DNA of 64,000 bases from Candidatus Yanofskybacteria bacterium (GCA_016185525.1 JACPNK010000002.1:11616-75615), one strand, 5' to 3'. Numbered from the stretch's first letter, positions 36,642 through 46,911 are shown. Program-made: numbers and translations. Notes: a model not told the origin generated them from the sequence alone.

Positions 36642-37103
36642 ATGCTGGAATTTCCGGAAACATTTTTTAGAATATTACTGGCAACAGCTTTTGGGGCGGC
36701 TATTGGTTTTGAAAGAGAAAGATCCCACAAATCTGCCGGTTTGAGAACCAACGCCTTGGTTGCAATGGGCGCTTCTTTAATTACCGTGATTTCTCTTTCT
36801 GCTTTTTCCGATAATCCGCTTATTGATCCGACCCGTATTATTTCAAACATCATAGTCGGCATAGGTTTTATCGGCGGCGGAGCGATTATTCAACAAGGCC
36901 AGAAGATCAGGGGAATCACCACGGCTGCTACTTTGTGGGTGGTGGCGGCAATCGGTATAACTATAGGGATGGGTTTTTATCGGGAGGCCGTTTTTTCCGT
37001 ATTGGTAGTTTACTTTATTTTGACTTTTTTGTGGCTCGTTGAGAAGAAAACCGGAAACAAAATTCTTTACCAAGGCCTGAAAGAAGACGAATTTGAAAAG
37101 TAA
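36642..37103 (+). CDS. MgtC/SapB family membrane protein
   Basis: 4-TM protein with the characteristic Gly-rich helices (GIGFIGGGAII). Confidence 0.6.
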   Translation: MLEFPETFFRILLATAFGAAIGFERERSHKSAGLRTNALVAMGASLITVISLSAFSDNPLIDPTRIISNIIVGIGFIGGGAIIQQGQKIRGITTAATLWVVAAIGITIGMGFYREAVFSVLVVYFILTFLWLVEKKTGNKILYQGLKEDEFEK

Positions 37104-37121
37104 CTTAAGATATTTTGCAAA

Positions 37122-38252
37122 ATGCCCGATAAAAAATTTTATTCGGCGGTGTCTGTTTTGGTGGGTGGCATAGTGGGAGTGGGAATTTTCGGGGTGCCGT
37201 TTGTTTTTGCCAAAGCCGGTTTTTTAACCGGCTTTCTGTTTTTGGCGGGCTTGAGCGCGGTAACTCTGGTTTTTAATCTGGCTTATGGCGAAATAATTTT
37301 GCGCACCGACAAAGCCCACCAACTTGTAGGTTATGCCGGCACTTATTTGGGCGGTTTTTTTAAAAAACTGACTTTTTTTACTTTTGTTCTTGGAATTTAT
37401 TCCGCGCTTTTGGCTTATATTATTGTCGGCGGAGAGTTTTTGGCCAACATTTTGTCTTTTAATTTTTTTGTTTCAGCCGATTCTTTAAGCATTTTCTTCT
37501 TCTTTTTTGTGGCATTTGTTTTGTTGGGCGGCCTTAAAACTGTTTCGGCTGTCGATCTTTTCATGGCGGTTTTATATTTGGCGTCAGTATTTTTAATTGT
37601 TTTTTGGGGAGCGGGCCGTGTTGATTTTCAGAATTTTACTCTTTGGAATAAAGACTTCTGGTTTTTGCCTTATGGCGTTATACTTTTTGCTTTGAGTGGT
37701 ATGTCTTCAGTTGTTTTGCAGAGAGAGGTTTTGGATGGTCAGGAGTTTAAACTTAAAAAAGCTATTATTTGGGGTAGCTTGCTTCCGCCGATTATTTATT
37801 TGATTTTTGCTTTTTTGGTGGCGGGTGTGTCAGGAGAGGTAACTTCTCCCGAAGCATTTGCCGGTTTGTCTTCCTTTCTTGGCTCAAAAGTTGTTTTGGC
37901 CGGCTCTATCTTTGGTGTTCTGGCAATCTTTACTTCTTTTTTGAATTTAGGCCGGGTATTGCAGGAGTCTTTTCAGTTTGATTTTCGTTTAAATAAATTC
38001 ACAGCTTGGTTTTTGGCTCTTTGGCCTCCGTTTTTCTTATTTATTTTCGGCATCAGAAACTTTATTAATGTGATAGGACTTGCCGGTTCCGTGGCTATCG
38101 GGTTGCAGTCTATAGTTTTTGTTCTTATTTACGGCAAAGTGAAAAGAATGGGCCATCGCATTCCGGAATACTCTCTGAATATGCCGAAGTGGTTTTGGTA
38201 TCTGGCTATTGCCATTTTTATTTCGGGCGTTTTACTTGCTTTTATAACCTAA
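37122..38252 (+). CDS. polytopic membrane transporter, amino-acid permease-like
   Basis: About 11 TM helices. The N-terminal VGGIVGVGIFGVPFVFAKAG resembles aromatic or other amino-acid permease families. Confidence 0.4.
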   Translation: MPDKKFYSAVSVLVGGIVGVGIFGVPFVFAKAGFLTGFLFLAGLSAVTLVFNLAYGEIILRTDKAHQLVGYAGTYLGGFFKKLTFFTFVLGIYSALLAYIIVGGEFLANILSFNFFVSADSLSIFFFFFVAFVLLGGLKTVSAVDLFMAVLYLASVFLIVFWGAGRVDFQNFTLWNKDFWFLPYGVILFALSGMSSVVLQREVLDGQEFKLKKAIIWGSLLPPIIYLIFAFLVAGVSGEVTSPEAFAGLSSFLGSKVVLAGSIFGVLAIFTSFLNLGRVLQESFQFDFRLNKFTAWFLALWPPFFLFIFGIRNFINVIGLAGSVAIGLQSIVFVLIYGKVKRMGHRIPEYSLNMPKWFWYLAIAIFISGVLLAFIT

Positions 38253-39562
38253 TGCGCAAAATTGAAAAAATAGTTTTTTATCTTTTCATTTTCTGCATAC
38301 CTTTCCAAACCAGAGTTATTTTGTGGAAGCTTTCGCCTAAGGGTGATTTTAACGAATGGACCTCGGTTTTTATTTATGGCACAGATTTACTTATATTACT
38401 ATTATTTTTGTTCTGGTCTTTAAAAAAATTTCCTTCTTTGGTAAAACCTGATTTTGCAGATTTTTCTTTGATTTTTTTTGTTGCAATTTCCGGATTTTCT
38501 GTTTTGGCTGCCGGTAATAAGAGCTTAAGCTTATATAACTTTTTAAAGATTTTGGAATTTTTGTTTCTTTTTTATTATTTTCGTTTTGCTTTAAAAAGTT
38601 TATTAAAACCGGCTCATGTTTTAATTTTAGTCATAGCTTCCGGACTTTTTCAGTCTGTTTTGGCCATTGCCCAATCTTTTTTTCAGCACAGCCTTGGCTT
38701 AAAAATGTTAGGCGAATCTATTTTAAAGACTAATTTTAACGGTGTGGCTGTGGTGCTTTTTGGGGACGAGAAGTTTTTAAGGGCTTACGGCACACTGCCC
38801 CACCCCAATATTCTTGCGGCTTGGCTGTTTGTGGCTATTTTTGCTTTTTATTTTTGGTATTTATACGAAAAAAAAGACCGTCCGTTATGGACAGTGTTTT
38901 TAATCTATGTCTCCACTCTTTTGGCCTTTCTTTTGACTTTTTCCAGAGTAATTATCGGCTTATGGGTTGTCGGCTTGGCCATAAAGCTGGCCTTCGTTTC
39001 TTTAAAAAGAAAAAGTTATCCCATCAGTTCTATTTTTAAAAAGCGCGTGTTTTTTTTAGCCGCGGTTTCCTGTCTGGTTGTTCTGGTGTTTTCTTTTTTG
39101 CTTTGGCCTCAAGTGAGTTCAAGAATAAGTTTATCGGAGAAAGATCTGGCGGTATCGGAAAGGATTTTCTATAATAAGCTGGCTGGCGCTGAAGCTGTCT
39201 CAAAACCGATTTTGGGCTTGGGGACAGGCCAGTTTGTCCGGCATATGCTGGCTAGCTTTAACTTTGACAAGAACTATCTTTACCAGCCGGTGCACAACAT
39301 ATATCTTTTAATTGCCGCTGAAACAGGATTTTTTGGCCTTGCCGCTTTTTTGGCTTTTGTTTTCTTTTTGATACGGCACTATACCAAGAAGACTAAACTT
39401 AAAATGCTCTATCAGCTTTCTTTTCTAATTTTTTTTTCCTCAATTCTGGTTATAGGGTTGTTTGACCATTTTCTTTGGACAATTCAGCAAGGCCAGATCA
39501 TGCTTTGGCTGGCTCTGGGTCTAATGGCAGAAACGGGAAAAGATTGGCATAAAACAAGCTGA
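38252..39562 (+). CDS. O-antigen ligase/Wzy-like polytopic membrane protein
   Basis: Multi-TM protein with a large loop and a Wzy_C-like block. The start is set at the ATG overlapping the upstream stop codon, because the track's GTG start overlaps the preceding gene. Confidence 0.45.
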   Translation: MRKIEKIVFYLFIFCIPFQTRVILWKLSPKGDFNEWTSVFIYGTDLLILLLFLFWSLKKFPSLVKPDFADFSLIFFVAISGFSVLAAGNKSLSLYNFLKILEFLFLFYYFRFALKSLLKPAHVLILVIASGLFQSVLAIAQSFFQHSLGLKMLGESILKTNFNGVAVVLFGDEKFLRAYGTLPHPNILAAWLFVAIFAFYFWYLYEKKDRPLWTVFLIYVSTLLAFLLTFSRVIIGLWVVGLAIKLAFVSLKRKSYPISSIFKKRVFFLAAVSCLVVLVFSFLLWPQVSSRISLSEKDLAVSERIFYNKLAGAEAVSKPILGLGTGQFVRHMLASFNFDKNYLYQPVHNIYLLIAAETGFFGLAAFLAFVFFLIRHYTKKTKLKMLYQLSFLIFFSSILVIGLFDHFLWTIQQGQIMLWLALGLMAETGKDWHKTS

Positions 39563-39570
39563 TCAAAATT

Positions 39571-40251
39571 ATGGAAAGTTTTCTAATTTTTATACAAGAC
39601 AACGCCCCTTATCTGATTTCTTATAAATATCTCTTTTTGTTTTTGGGCGGGCTTATTGAAGGGATGAATGTTCTTGTCTTGGCTGGTTTTATCGCTTCAA
39701 GCGGACAGGTCAATCTCTGGGTTATTTTGCCTATTTTAATTTTTGCCCATTTTTTAAACGGCTGCGGCTGGTATCTTGTCGGGTATTTTGGCGGAGCGAA
39801 AGCTTTGGACAAGTGGGGCCACAAAAATAAATTAGGCCATCAGATTATTAACAGGATCGAAGAGTACTTTGAAAAATATAGCGGTCGTGCGATTATGTTT
39901 GCTAAGTTTACTTTCAGTTTGGAAATTGCGACTATGATTTTATCCGGTTCATTAAAATACAACTTAAAAAAGTTTTTTAAATATAACCTTTACGGTTCGG
40001 TGGGATGGGTGTTTGTTACCGTTTTTATTGGTTATTTTTTTGCTGAAAGTTTCAAGATTTTCTTTTCTTTTGTTAAAGACTTTACCCTTTTCCTTATTTT
40101 TCTTGCTCTGGCAATCGTCTTAATTTATGTAATAAAAATTTTGCTTAAAAGATACTTTGTCCGCTATCTTATTGTTCAGCAAAAAATTAGGGAATGGACT
40201 GAAAAGTTACGCGACGGCCTGAACGGCATTTTGACGGAAGAAGATGAGTAG
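39571..40251 (+). CDS. hypothetical membrane protein (DedA/VTT-like?)
   Basis: 4-5 TM helices with only a weak resemblance to DedA. Confidence 0.3.
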   Translation: MESFLIFIQDNAPYLISYKYLFLFLGGLIEGMNVLVLAGFIASSGQVNLWVILPILIFAHFLNGCGWYLVGYFGGAKALDKWGHKNKLGHQIINRIEEYFEKYSGRAIMFAKFTFSLEIATMILSGSLKYNLKKFFKYNLYGSVGWVFVTVFIGYFFAESFKIFFSFVKDFTLFLIFLALAIVLIYVIKILLKRYFVRYLIVQQKIREWTEKLRDGLNGILTEEDE

Positions 40252-40320
40252 GCAAGGGCTTTCTGATTGTGGATAACTACTAGAATTTTTGGTGAGTTCT
40301 GGTATAATAAACTTAAAGTT

Positions 40321-41478
40321 ATGAAAAGTCTCAAAAGCCTTTGTTTTTATGGTTTTTTGGCACTAGCTCTATTAGCGCCTTCTTCTGTTGGCGCGGTAGA
40401 GGGTGGCCGCTACTTGGTAAAGTCTAACAGCCAGTTTTGGAAAAATGCCTTTAATGCAAGGCATGAATTTAAAGACGGTTTTACGGCTGATTTGAATGAC
40501 TGGCAAATTCGTTTTGGCAAGCTTTTGGGGGTGTCGGTTGAGCCTGTGCCGGTTTTGCAAATTTTACCCGAGGAGGTCACTCGTATTGTCCCCAGTGATC
40601 AGACTCCATGGGGTGTGGAGTATGTCTACAAAGACCCTCTCATATTGAAAACCTCCGGAGGGGAAGGTGTCAAGGTTGCCGTTTTAGATACTGGCGTTAC
40701 AGTCGGACACCCTGATCTTAAAAATAGAATTGTTGGATGTAAGGATTTTACGAATATGCGTTTTCCGGTAGTTGACGGCAAGTGTGAAGATAAGAACGGC
40801 CATGGCACTCACGTGGCGGGAATTGTTGCGGCTGACGGAGGAGTTGATGGTTTGGGTATCTTTGGTGTGGCTCCACAGTCGTCTCTTTATGTGTTTAAAG
40901 TTTGCGGTTTGAACGGTTCTTGCTATGCCGATGATATTGCTTCGGCTATTAACACCGCGGCTGATAGTGGAGCCAACATAATCAACTTGAGTCTAGGTTC
41001 GGATAAAGAGTCCTCGCTTATAAGTGAGTCTATAAATTACGCAACCTCAAAAGGTGTTTTAACCGTCGCTGCTGGCGGCAATGACGGACCCTATTTTGCA
41101 AGTATTGATTATCCGGCGGCTAAGAAAGAAATTCTAGGAGTTGGGGCTTTTGGTGTGAATTTGGCGATTCCGGATTGGAGTTCAAGGGGTATTAACTCCC
41201 AGACCCTGTCTTATGTGGTTGAAGAAAAAGATATGGAATTTGCCGCGCCAGGCGTCAACATTGAATCCACTTGGAAGAATGGCGGCTATGCCATTCTTTC
41301 CGGTACATCTATGGCCTCGCCTTTTGTTGCCGGTTTAGCGGCAAAATACTGGCCGCTCTTTGCTTTAGAAACTAGTCCGGCAGATTCTCTGCGTAATTTT
41401 TTGCATCTTAACTCGCTTGACTTAGACGGACTTGGAGACGACGACTCTACCGGTTTTGGTTTTCCAAGAGTGCAATAG
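40321..41478 (+). CDS. subtilisin-like serine protease (S8), secreted
   Basis: VAVLDTGV (Asp), HGTHVAGIVAA (His) and GTSMASPFVAG (Ser). The start is at the MKSLKS signal peptide, with a tataat 8 nt upstream. Confidence 0.8.
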   Translation: MKSLKSLCFYGFLALALLAPSSVGAVEGGRYLVKSNSQFWKNAFNARHEFKDGFTADLNDWQIRFGKLLGVSVEPVPVLQILPEEVTRIVPSDQTPWGVEYVYKDPLILKTSGGEGVKVAVLDTGVTVGHPDLKNRIVGCKDFTNMRFPVVDGKCEDKNGHGTHVAGIVAADGGVDGLGIFGVAPQSSLYVFKVCGLNGSCYADDIASAINTAADSGANIINLSLGSDKESSLISESINYATSKGVLTVAAGGNDGPYFASIDYPAAKKEILGVGAFGVNLAIPDWSSRGINSQTLSYVVEEKDMEFAAPGVNIESTWKNGGYAILSGTSMASPFVAGLAAKYWPLFALETSPADSLRNFLHLNSLDLDGLGDDDSTGFGFPRVQ

Positions 41479-41491
41479 TCAACAATAATAA

Positions 41492-41669
41492 AATTAGAGG
41501 TAGTGTCTCTGAGGGCAGTAAAAGTTGCGAGGGGCATGGTTTGTCAACGACCCCTCCCCAGTTTTTCAAAGTAAAACTGGGGAGGGGCTCTTGACAAGAC
41601 GAGCAACTTTTTCTGATGAAGAATCCTCGCTGGGGATTCTGAAGTCCCGAAGAGATGCTACCTCTAATT
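41492..41669 (+). repeat. structured repeat family A, copy 2
   Basis: Perfect 12-bp outer dyad aattagaggtag / ctacctctaatt. Same core as copies 1 and 3. Confidence 0.6.
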
Positions 41670-41689
41670 TTATTAAAGTGATTCGGAAT

Positions 41690-42349
41690 ATGGTAAACAG
41701 AGTTATCAAAAAATTAGTTTTATCTGATTTTTTATTGAACTCCGCCTTTGGCCTTTTAGCGCCGATTTTTGCTATTTTTATTTTGAGAAATATAGAAGGC
41801 AGTACTTTGAGAGTAGTCGGTCTGGCCACGACTTTTTACTGGATTGCCAGAACCTTAACGACTGTTCCATTGTCAAGGTTTATGGACAGAACCGATGGCG
41901 AGCGCGATGAATTTTATTTTATTGTTGTCGGCTCGTTTATGATGTCCTCTATCCCGCTGTTCTTTTTACTGGCAAAAGTTCCTTGGCATATTTATCTCAT
42001 ACAATTTATCTCCGGGTTGTCGGCCTCAATGGCTGTGCCTTCCTGGCGTATTTTATTTACGGACCATCTGGACAAAGGGTCTACCGGCTACGAATGGTCT
42101 CTGGAAGATATAGCCATCGGAGTTTCGGTGGGCATCAGCGCTTATCTGGGGTCTTTGCTGGCGGATAAGTTCGGCTTTCATACAGTTTTTATATTTGTTT
42201 CTATGTTGGGTTATTTAGGCACGATGATTTTAATTCCCATCTCTCGTGATGCTAAAAATCTGGCTCAAATAAAAAAAGAACATCGTCTGGGGGCCATAAG
42301 GCTTAAACGAAAAAAAATATTGCCCCGCAAAGTTGATGGCATAAAATAA
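41690..42349 (+). CDS. 6-TM MFS-like membrane protein
   Basis: LSRFMDRTDGERDEF resembles MFS motif A. The start is set downstream of the repeat-derived N-terminal extension. Confidence 0.4.
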   Translation: MVNRVIKKLVLSDFLLNSAFGLLAPIFAIFILRNIEGSTLRVVGLATTFYWIARTLTTVPLSRFMDRTDGERDEFYFIVVGSFMMSSIPLFFLLAKVPWHIYLIQFISGLSASMAVPSWRILFTDHLDKGSTGYEWSLEDIAIGVSVGISAYLGSLLADKFGFHTVFIFVSMLGYLGTMILIPISRDAKNLAQIKKEHRLGAIRLKRKKILPRKVDGIK

Positions 42350-42362
42350 ACTGTAGGACAAT

Positions 42363-44408
42363 ATGCGAAGTAAGATTATAATCGCACTGCTTCTTGTTGG
42401 GGTTTCTTTTTTGGTAATGTTAAACTTGCCGGAAATATTAGAACAAATAAGCTTTAATTTTAATCTAGGTAAAGCGGAAGATTTAGAAATTGTTGGTACT
42501 GTGCAAGACTTAGGAAAATGGGTTGATGCAAGGCAGCAGGGATCTTATTACGCTAACTATAACTCTTTAATTAGAGACGATTCTGGAAGGATGCACTTAA
42601 CTTATTGTTCTTCAGGAGAGCTATTTAATCCTTTATATGCACCTGATTGGAGACCGACAACGACGTATGCAACAGACAAAGTGCGATATCAATATTCTGA
42701 CGATAACGGCAAAACATGGTCGGGTGCGCAGATAATCATTCAACCGTTCAGGGAAAATAATAAAGATAACCTGTATCAGGGGGCGTGCACTAGCAGTTTA
42801 ATTTATTATAAAGGATTTTATTATTTATATTTTGAATCTTCCAGTCCTCCTTCTGGGATTCTTGCTGTTCATGTAGCGCGCTCTTCAAATCCTGCCGGTC
42901 CTTACGAAGTCCTAACTTATGATGGTTGGAAACAGATTCCAACTAATTCAATTTGGAAACCTGTGCTTAACCCGGCAATACGAAGTGTACCCGGGGCAGA
43001 GGAATGGCTAAGAACCCACGAGAACAATGGCGTTTGGAGCAACTATTGGGGTGCTGGGATTCCAAGGGTAACACAGAAAGATGGAAAACTATATCTTTTT
43101 TTTGTGGATACAACCAATTGGATTATCTGGGCAGATTCCAGTGGAATACATGAATACGGCAGAGCTCCAAAGGACATGATTCCTTATACTCTGGTTGCAG
43201 TCAGCGAGGACCCAACTCGTTTTGAAAATATTTATGATAATAGATTAGTCAATGCAAGCGGAAATGAAATCTGGAACACGATAAATCCAAAATATTTCCC
43301 TGATGAAAATAAGTTTTATAATTTCTATTTGAAAAATGTAGATGGGCAGAATAAAATTGCATACAGAACTTCTGTCAATGGAATTGTTTGGAGCGCTGAA
43401 ATTGCCAAAACAGACGCAATTTCCGGGAACCTTAACCCAAATGAAGGAGATCCATCGCAAGCAGATAATATAATCCAATTATTCCACCACTTGGTTTTGC
43501 TTTCAGACAAAGAAGGAAAAGGAAAACTTTCAGACTTATATATGACATACCAAAAAGACCATCTTTTTGATAATGGTCCTGTTGGTTGGCAGGATACCCC
43601 TGACTATAAATGGTACTATGGGGGTGTGGATATTTATGGACTTAAAATGAATTTACAAGTTAGCTCAACTTCAATTTTAATTGTTACGACCACTTTGTCT
43701 CCTCCGACTACCACAACAATCACTACAACTGTTGCGCCAACAACTATCACCACGGCCGTTCCTACAACTGCAACAATTCTGTCTACGACCACAACTACGA
43801 CTATTGTTCCAACCACTACTACAACTTTGATTTCTACAACCATCACAACACAAACGCCGTCAACTACCATAACGACCAAGTCTCCGACCACAACTATCAC
43901 GACAATCTTACCGGTATCTCCCACTCTTATTCGCGCCTCTGGCGACACAAAAGTCTATAAAATTATTTCCAACAAAAAACTCTGGATACCAACGGCCGAG
44001 TCTTTTGTTTCTCAAGGATTAAAATGGCAGGATATTCAAAATTCAAGCAAAATGTTAGTTACAAGCTATGTTCGACTTAAACTCGCCAGAGCAGTGGGAG
44101 ACGTTAAGAGATATTATTTGACGGAATCTGGATTGAAACGTTATATTCCCAATGATGAAGTGTTTTTGTCTTATGGTAATAGGAATGAGGATATTGTTGA
44201 AATAACACAGCAAGAGCTTAACTCGTATCCAAACAACGACTTAATAAAAACAGAAGGAGATGAAAAAGTCTACAAACTGGAAAATGGACAAAAAAGATGG
44301 ATAAAAACAGCCGGAGCTTTTAATAGACTTGGATTTGACTGGTCTAAAATTGCCCCGGTTAACCAAACAGAAATTAACAGTTACCTAACCGGAAGTGTTA
44401 TAGAATGA
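42363..44408 (+). CDS. large secreted BNR/Asp-box beta-propeller-like protein with Thr-rich linker and three C-terminal ~45-aa repeats
   Basis: Signal peptide, YQYSDDNGKTWSG (SxDxGxTW) and a ~70-aa T/I/P-rich linker. C-terminal repeats are SGDTKVYKI...LWIPT, VGDVKRYYL...RYIPN and EGDEKVYKL...RWIKT. Confidence 0.5.
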   Translation: MRSKIIIALLLVGVSFLVMLNLPEILEQISFNFNLGKAEDLEIVGTVQDLGKWVDARQQGSYYANYNSLIRDDSGRMHLTYCSSGELFNPLYAPDWRPTTTYATDKVRYQYSDDNGKTWSGAQIIIQPFRENNKDNLYQGACTSSLIYYKGFYYLYFESSSPPSGILAVHVARSSNPAGPYEVLTYDGWKQIPTNSIWKPVLNPAIRSVPGAEEWLRTHENNGVWSNYWGAGIPRVTQKDGKLYLFFVDTTNWIIWADSSGIHEYGRAPKDMIPYTLVAVSEDPTRFENIYDNRLVNASGNEIWNTINPKYFPDENKFYNFYLKNVDGQNKIAYRTSVNGIVWSAEIAKTDAISGNLNPNEGDPSQADNIIQLFHHLVLLSDKEGKGKLSDLYMTYQKDHLFDNGPVGWQDTPDYKWYYGGVDIYGLKMNLQVSSTSILIVTTTLSPPTTTTITTTVAPTTITTAVPTTATILSTTTTTTIVPTTTTTLISTTITTQTPSTTITTKSPTTTITTILPVSPTLIRASGDTKVYKIISNKKLWIPTAESFVSQGLKWQDIQNSSKMLVTSYVRLKLARAVGDVKRYYLTESGLKRYIPNDEVFLSYGNRNEDIVEITQQELNSYPNNDLIKTEGDEKVYKLENGQKRWIKTAGAFNRLGFDWSKIAPVNQTEINSYLTGSVIE

Positions 44409-44420
44409 TTTTTTTACACC

Positions 44421-46148
44421 ATGAACTCTGATCTCTCTAAAATTTTAAATGAGCTGGCGGTTCTGCTGGATATTAAGGGTGTGGAATTTAAACCTCGGGC
44501 TTACGAGAAAGTCGCCTATATTATTGAGTCTTTAGCCGAAGAAGTTGACGAGATTTACAAAAAAGGCGGACTTAAGGCTCTGGAGGAAATTCCCGGAGTA
44601 GGCAGGGGTATTGCCGAAAAAATTGAGGAGTTTATAAAAACAGGAAAAATTCACGAACTGGAAAAACTAAAAACCGAGTTTCCTGTTGACATAAACGGCC
44701 TTAAAAAAGTGGAAGGGCTTGGCCCTAAGACAATCAAAAGACTTTACAACGAACTGGGCATTAAAGATTTAGGCTCCTTAAAAAAGGCGGCCGAAGCCGG
44801 CAAGCTTAAAAAATTGGAAGGCTTGGGCGAAAAGTCAGAGCAAAAAATTTTGAAAAGCATCAGTTTTTTGGAGCAATTCCGTGGCCGTTTTTCAATTGCC
44901 GCTGCCTTACCGCTTTCCCGAAGAATCGTGGAAAGATTGCGTTCTTTGCCGGAAGTTAAAAAAGCCGAGTTCGCCGGCTCAATTGCAAGAATGCAGGAAA
45001 CTGTCGGCGACTTGGATATTTTAGTGATTTCAGACAAGCCATCAAAAGTGATGGATTTTTTTGTGAAAATGCCGGAAGTGCAAGAGGTAACCGCTAAAGG
45101 CGACACCAAAACTTCAGTGCGTTTGAAAGTTGGCATGGATGCTGATTTGCGGGTTGTGGCGCCGGAATCTTTCGGCGCCGCTCTGCAGTATTTTATCGGC
45201 GATAAATACCACAATATAGCTGTCCGTGAGATTGCCGTTAAGAAAGGCTACAAACTTAACGAGTATGGCTTATTTGAAGAATCAGGAATTAAGAATCATG
45301 AATTAAGGGTGGCGGGCGAGACAGAAGAAGAAATCTACAAAACCCTCGGAATGCAATGGATGCCGTCGGAGATGAGAACTGACCACGGCGAAATTGAGGC
45401 GGCCCTTCAAAATAAATTGCCAGACTTGGTCGGTTATGAAGATTTGAAAGGCGACCTTCAAGTTCAGACCGACTGGACTGACGGCGACAACTCAATAAGA
45501 GAGATGGCAGAAGCGGCAAAAAAGCAGGGACTGGAATATATCTGTATTACGGACCATACCGCCGCTTTGGCTATGACCGGTGGCAATGATGAAAAGAGAC
45601 TCTTAAAACAAATGGCCGAGATTGATAAAGTTCAAAAAGAAGTTTCCGGAATTAAGATATTGAAAGGAGCTGAAGTTGATATTCACAAAGACGGCACTTT
45701 AGATATTGACGATGAAACTTTGGCAAAACTGGATGTGGTCGGCATTTCTGTCCACTCAAGATTTAAAATGACCGAAAAAGAGATGACCAAAAGAATTGTC
45801 AGAGCCATGGAAAATCCCAATGCAGATATCTTGTTTCATCCGACTGGCCGTCTGGTGCAAAAAAGAGAAGCTTATAAAATTGATATGGCGGAAATTATTA
45901 AAACCGCCAAAAAAACCGGAACCATACTTGAGGCCAATGCCTATCCGGAACGTCTGGACTTGAAAGACGAGTATATTAGGCAGGCGTTAGAATCAGGTGT
46001 TAAAATTTCTATTGACTCCGATGCTCACTCAACAAGCCATTTTCAATTTTTAGAGTACGGCATCGGCCAAGCCCGCCGCGGCTGGGCAGAGAAGAAAGAT
46101 GTGATAAATACAAGAAACTGGGAAGAGATGCTGGGGTTATTGAAATAA
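44421..46148 (+). CDS. polX: DNA polymerase X family protein with C-terminal PHP domain
   Basis: HhH motifs (GVGRGIAEKI, GLGPKTIKRL), a Pol beta-like nucleotidyltransferase core and a PHP His/Asp-rich C-domain. Confidence 0.8.
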   Translation: MNSDLSKILNELAVLLDIKGVEFKPRAYEKVAYIIESLAEEVDEIYKKGGLKALEEIPGVGRGIAEKIEEFIKTGKIHELEKLKTEFPVDINGLKKVEGLGPKTIKRLYNELGIKDLGSLKKAAEAGKLKKLEGLGEKSEQKILKSISFLEQFRGRFSIAAALPLSRRIVERLRSLPEVKKAEFAGSIARMQETVGDLDILVISDKPSKVMDFFVKMPEVQEVTAKGDTKTSVRLKVGMDADLRVVAPESFGAALQYFIGDKYHNIAVREIAVKKGYKLNEYGLFEESGIKNHELRVAGETEEEIYKTLGMQWMPSEMRTDHGEIEAALQNKLPDLVGYEDLKGDLQVQTDWTDGDNSIREMAEAAKKQGLEYICITDHTAALAMTGGNDEKRLLKQMAEIDKVQKEVSGIKILKGAEVDIHKDGTLDIDDETLAKLDVVGISVHSRFKMTEKEMTKRIVRAMENPNADILFHPTGRLVQKREAYKIDMAEIIKTAKKTGTILEANAYPERLDLKDEYIRQALESGVKISIDSDAHSTSHFQFLEYGIGQARRGWAEKKDVINTRNWEEMLGLLK

Positions 46149-46149
46149 A

Positions 46150-46186
46150 AAAGCCGTAAGCGGTGACTGCTTACGGACGGGAAAAA
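46150..46186. terminator. bidirectional intrinsic terminator
   Basis: ccgtaagc-ggtgact-gcttacgg hairpin flanked by A/T runs. Confidence 0.6.
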
Positions 46187-46192
46187 ACTGTC

Positions 46193-46399
46193 TTATTTAC
46201 CCAGTTCTTCAAAATTTACCCAGTAGCCAGAGATTACTGAACTGGGATATTGTTTGGCTATTGTTATTGCGGTTACTTTCAAGAAAGGATGTTCTTTCTT
46301 AAATTTTGCGAGAACTTTTCCGAAGTAATGTTCATCAACAATTTCAACAGTGAAGAAATACACGTTTGAACCAAAATTTGTCGGTTCAACGTATTCCAC
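46193..46399 (-). CDS. hypothetical small protein (68 aa)
   Basis: ORF only. Confidence 0.3.
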   Translation of the reverse strand: MEYVEPTNFGSNVYFFTVEIVDEHYFGKVLAKFKKEHPFLKVTAITIAKQYPSSVISGYWVNFEELGK

Positions 46400-46578
46400 C
46401 GTTTTTTTGACTGATTACGGTACTGGTACTGGCGACCAGGCTAACCAGATCAACGAGAAGAGCGAAATACTTACGGCCAGACACAGCAGGAACTCTAAAA
46501 GACCTATTCCTTTTTCTTTCATTTAACTCTCTTTTTATTTCAATTTACTAAAAACCATTATAATTCATTAAAAATCTT

Positions 46579-46839
46579 TTGTCAACAAGGACCAAATTTC
46601 AGGAGAAAATATATAAAGTCGTTTCTAAAATTCCAAAAGGGGAGACCTTAACATACAAACAAGTTGCGGAATTAGCCGGACACCCAAAAGCTTATCGAGC
46701 AGTCGGTAACATTTTAAATAAAAACCCGGATTTAGAAAAAATCCCTTGCCATAGAGTTGTTCGTTCTGACGGCAAAACGGGTGGCTATATACTAGGAGAA
46801 AAGAAAAAGTTAGAATTATTAAGAGGAGAATTGTTATAG
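46579..46839 (+). CDS. standalone MGMT/Ogt C-terminal domain protein (86 aa) with PCHRV active-site motif
   Basis: IPCHRVV and a helix-turn-helix-like VSKIPKGETLTYKQVAELAG. TTG start. No N-terminal Ogt domain. Confidence 0.5.
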   Translation: MSTRTKFQEKIYKVVSKIPKGETLTYKQVAELAGHPKAYRAVGNILNKNPDLEKIPCHRVVRSDGKTGGYILGEKKKLELLRGELL

Positions 46840-46911
46840 GTTGTAAGTTATAAGTTTTAAGCAAGAAATTACAAAAGAAAGTTATTACTTATAACCTGTA
46901 ACTTATAACTT

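Noticed and set aside
43634-43948. 104-aa reverse-strand ORF rich in Val
   Set aside because: It is antisense to the poly-Thr (ACN) tract of the 42363..44408 gene. A low-complexity mirror ORF, not a gene.
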